DNA of 64,000 bases, taken from the NCBI RefSeq assembly GCF_009914755.1, contig NC_060947.1. One strand, 5' to 3'. The stretch's first letter is position 1; each line of letters starts with the position of its first letter. Shown here piece by piece: positions 60,270 to 64,000 of the stretch. The translations under genes and the position numbers were made by a program. Source of the stretch: the human T2T-CHM13v2.0 reference genome, Homo sapiens. The notes under the pieces are model-generated. The model searched no databases. It was not told the origin of the DNA and saw nothing but the letters and a program-made list of their open reading frames with translations.

Positions 60270-61930
60270 TGATTGTCTTGCTTATTCTTGACCATGTTAT
60301 TTTATATAAATTTTAGGAAATTTATCAAATTCTATGAAGAAAAATTTTGAACATTTGATTGGAATTAGTTTTAATCTATGGATCAAATTGTGAAGAACTG
60401 ACATTTATATAATATTTAGTTTTCCTCAATGTTTCCTCAATAGAACCATGGTTATCCCCATTTATTTAGGTCTTTAAACATATTTCAATAAGGATTTGCA
60501 ATTCTCTCCATAAAGGTCTTACATATTTTTAAAAATTATTTTTCTAGCTAACTTGTATTTTTAATGGAATTCTACTGCAAACAGCATTTACACATTATAT
60601 TTTGAACAGTTTGCTGCTGGAAATTAGACATGCGCTAGGCAATTTTTGAACCCTGCTAAGCTCTTATTAATTTTAATGATTCATCTGTAGCTTCTTTTGG
60701 GTTTTCTTTGTAGATGTTCATATCACCAGTGTATTTATCAATAAACTTTTGCTTAATAGTTCACACACAAAAAAATTGTCTTGCATTGGATTAAAGCCGT
60801 GGCAGACTGCAATTTCTCTGGGTTTTTATGGGCCTGGCTGGCCTTGACATGTCTTCTCACTCTGGGATTCAAGCTGAAACAGCGGCCACTATGGAGGGCA
60901 TTATGTTCTCATAGCCAAGGTCAGGAGCAAAAAGCAAGGCAAGTCAACCATTCACAATCACATTAACACATCCCATTGGTCAAAGCATGTGACATGGCCA
61001 AGCCCAAAGTCAGGGAGGAGGGCACTTAATCGCTCCCTATGTGTCTCATGGGTAATGTACCTAAAAATGGATGCGGGTGTAAAATCCTATTATAGAGAAG
61101 GAATGAATATTTGGTAGTAACATTTCGACCAACAACCATTAGCAAATAAGAAGGGATTTTTTTTTCATTTTCAATCGTTATATTTTCCATTTCTTTTTCT
61201 TGTATTTTTACAAGCGAGCATCTCTACAACAGTCTTGAGTAGAAATGGTGGTGGTAGACATCCTTGTCTTCTCCCTGATTTTACATAGATTGCTTTATAA
61301 AGTTTTATTGGTAATCTGGTTGTTTAATGCAGGTGTTTTATAGATTCCCTTCATAAGGTTAAAGAGTTTCCCTTCTACTTCTAGTTTACAAAGTTGTTGT
61401 TTTTTAAACATGAATGGATGTTGAATTCTGTCGAATGTCTTCTCCACACCATTGAGACACTTATATGATTTTTTCTCCTTTAACCTCTTAATGTTAATAA
61501 AATACACAAATAGATTTTCTAACATTAAACCAAATTTGCTCTCCTCAGATAATCCAAATTTGGTCATGATATATTATCTTTTAATACATTGTTGAATTTG
61601 GTTGGTTAATTTTCTATGATTCTTGCAAACATTCTCATAAATGTGATGTAATTATTCTTTCACTGGCTGTCCTCGTCTGGTCCTGATAGCAAGGTAATGT
61701 CAGCTTCATGAAGTGATTTGAGGAGCACTTCCTTGGATTTTATCCCCTGGAGAGTTTGTGCATTATTAGAATTACTTACACCTTAAATATTTTGTAAAAT
61801 TTGTCTATAAAATCTTCTGGTCCTGCTGTCTTTGTTATAAACTTTTAAAGTATTCATTCGATTACCATTATGGCTATGAAACTATTCAGATTTTCCATTT
61901 TTTCTTTCTTTCTTATTGTTTTATACTCTA
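60270..61930 (-). mobile_element. Old L1 (L1M) ORF2 fragment interrupted by an MLT1 LTR
   Basis: ORF 61295..61567 contains EKTFDRIQHPFM (L1 RT remnant). Confidence 0.75.
60735..61130 (-). mobile_element. MLT1-family MaLR LTR
   Basis: catcccattggtcaaagcatgtgacatggccaagccca motif. Confidence 0.65.
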
Positions 61931-62084
61931 AGAGTTTCAGCAACCTCTTGGCAGCTCAGCTAATTAATTTTAAGTTATTTATCTCAGGATGTCTACTCTG
62001 TCATATTACTAGAAATTAAAGTATGAAACTTTCTCATTCTCCGGTTTTATCTTTATTTTAACTTTCTATGAAAAAAACATGCAC

Positions 62085-62108
62085 ACATATATACATAACA
62101 TATACATT

Positions 62109-62142
<34 letters not shown>
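62085..62142. repeat. (TA)n microsatellite
   Basis: Directly visible. Confidence 0.9.
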
Positions 62143-62148
<6 letters not shown>

Positions 62149-63094
62149 TCAACAAGCTACTGCAAGTTTTTTAACCTAACCAATTCTCAATTTCTTCATT
62201 TGAAAATGTGGACTGCAACCCATATAAAGCTGGGGCACTTTGTAGCCTATCTCAACCTGGTGTTTCATCCAGTCCAATATTTAAAAGTAATTGAAAATAA
62301 ATTCAAATTATTTATTGAATCCTCTCAAAAACACCAAAAGAGGCTTCAATTTAAAGATATGCTTAAAATCCCTCTTACCCCTCTCCATGTATATATCTGT
62401 CTCCCATGATTCCATTTTCTCTCACTCTAACTCTTCAAATCACTTCAAACCATCTGAAGACACCTCTTTCCTTTTCTCCTCTCCTCTCACCTTCTGTATT
62501 TACTCTTTTCTCTTCCACTAGTAAGTCTCTGCCCTTTCCAGTGAAAATCAACCAAGCAAATTTGTTTCCTTTCAGTCTTGTCATTCATTTTTCCACATCA
62601 GCTTATTAAAAGTCCAGGAACAGAACTGGGATTGGTAGAAGGAGAGGTTGAGAATTCTCATACCTTATTATACATTGCTTTCTCCTCACATGATAATATA
62701 TACCTTGGAAGATTATAAGGATTGAAAACAATGAATGTAGCACACCTGGTCCAGTGCCCAAAGCACTGTAGGTTCTACATAGATGGGTGGTATCTATTAT
62801 ACTGCACCAGTCCTATAAATATCACAGCCATCACTTCCCTAGGTACAAAACAAAGTGTTTGAAGCTCTAAGATAACTTTTAAATTCTGTGTTGTTGTGGT
62901 TCTATTAAAATATGGGTAAAGACAAGATAAAGAAATACTTATTGTTTCTTTGTATCGAAGAGTTTTATATGAGCAAATATGCCCTGCTGTCAAACTGTGA
63001 AAACCAAGAGGTTCTCTCTTTTTAGTCCTACCCTTATCACCATCCACCACCCTCAGAACAGTAGTTATTCATTGTTATCAAGAACTTGGAGCAC

Positions 63095-64000
<906 letters not shown>

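Overview
Human (primate) genomic DNA, AT-rich and repeat-dense. The only protein-coding sequence I can support is four internal exons of PIR (pirin, Xp22) on the minus strand: 58673-58765, 38603-38686, 34794-35000 and 4861-4945. All have GT-AG boundaries, and together they encode about aa 33-188, including the iron ligands H56, H58, H101 and E103. The rest is intronic: Alus (many with clear TSDs), old L1/L2/MIR, solo LTRs (THE1B, MER57, LTR16, LTR33, MLT1), a full-length Tigger1 and several MER DNA transposons. The long ORFs in the track are artefacts of repeats. I found no evidence of a wholly new biological system. Most notable: (1) a candidate antisense first exon with a strong donor at ~43190-43370, probably an upstream BMX exon; (2) a twin-primed L1 about 27 nt from the PIR exon 4 acceptor; (3) a tailless 36-nt U2 snRNA retrocopy inside a MER20; (4) NF-E2/ARE-type motifs in intron 5; (5) a ~1 kb homopurine 23-mer minisatellite; (6) several template-switch hairpins. 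Repeat subfamily names and boundaries of old repeats come from recalled consensus sequences and are approximate.
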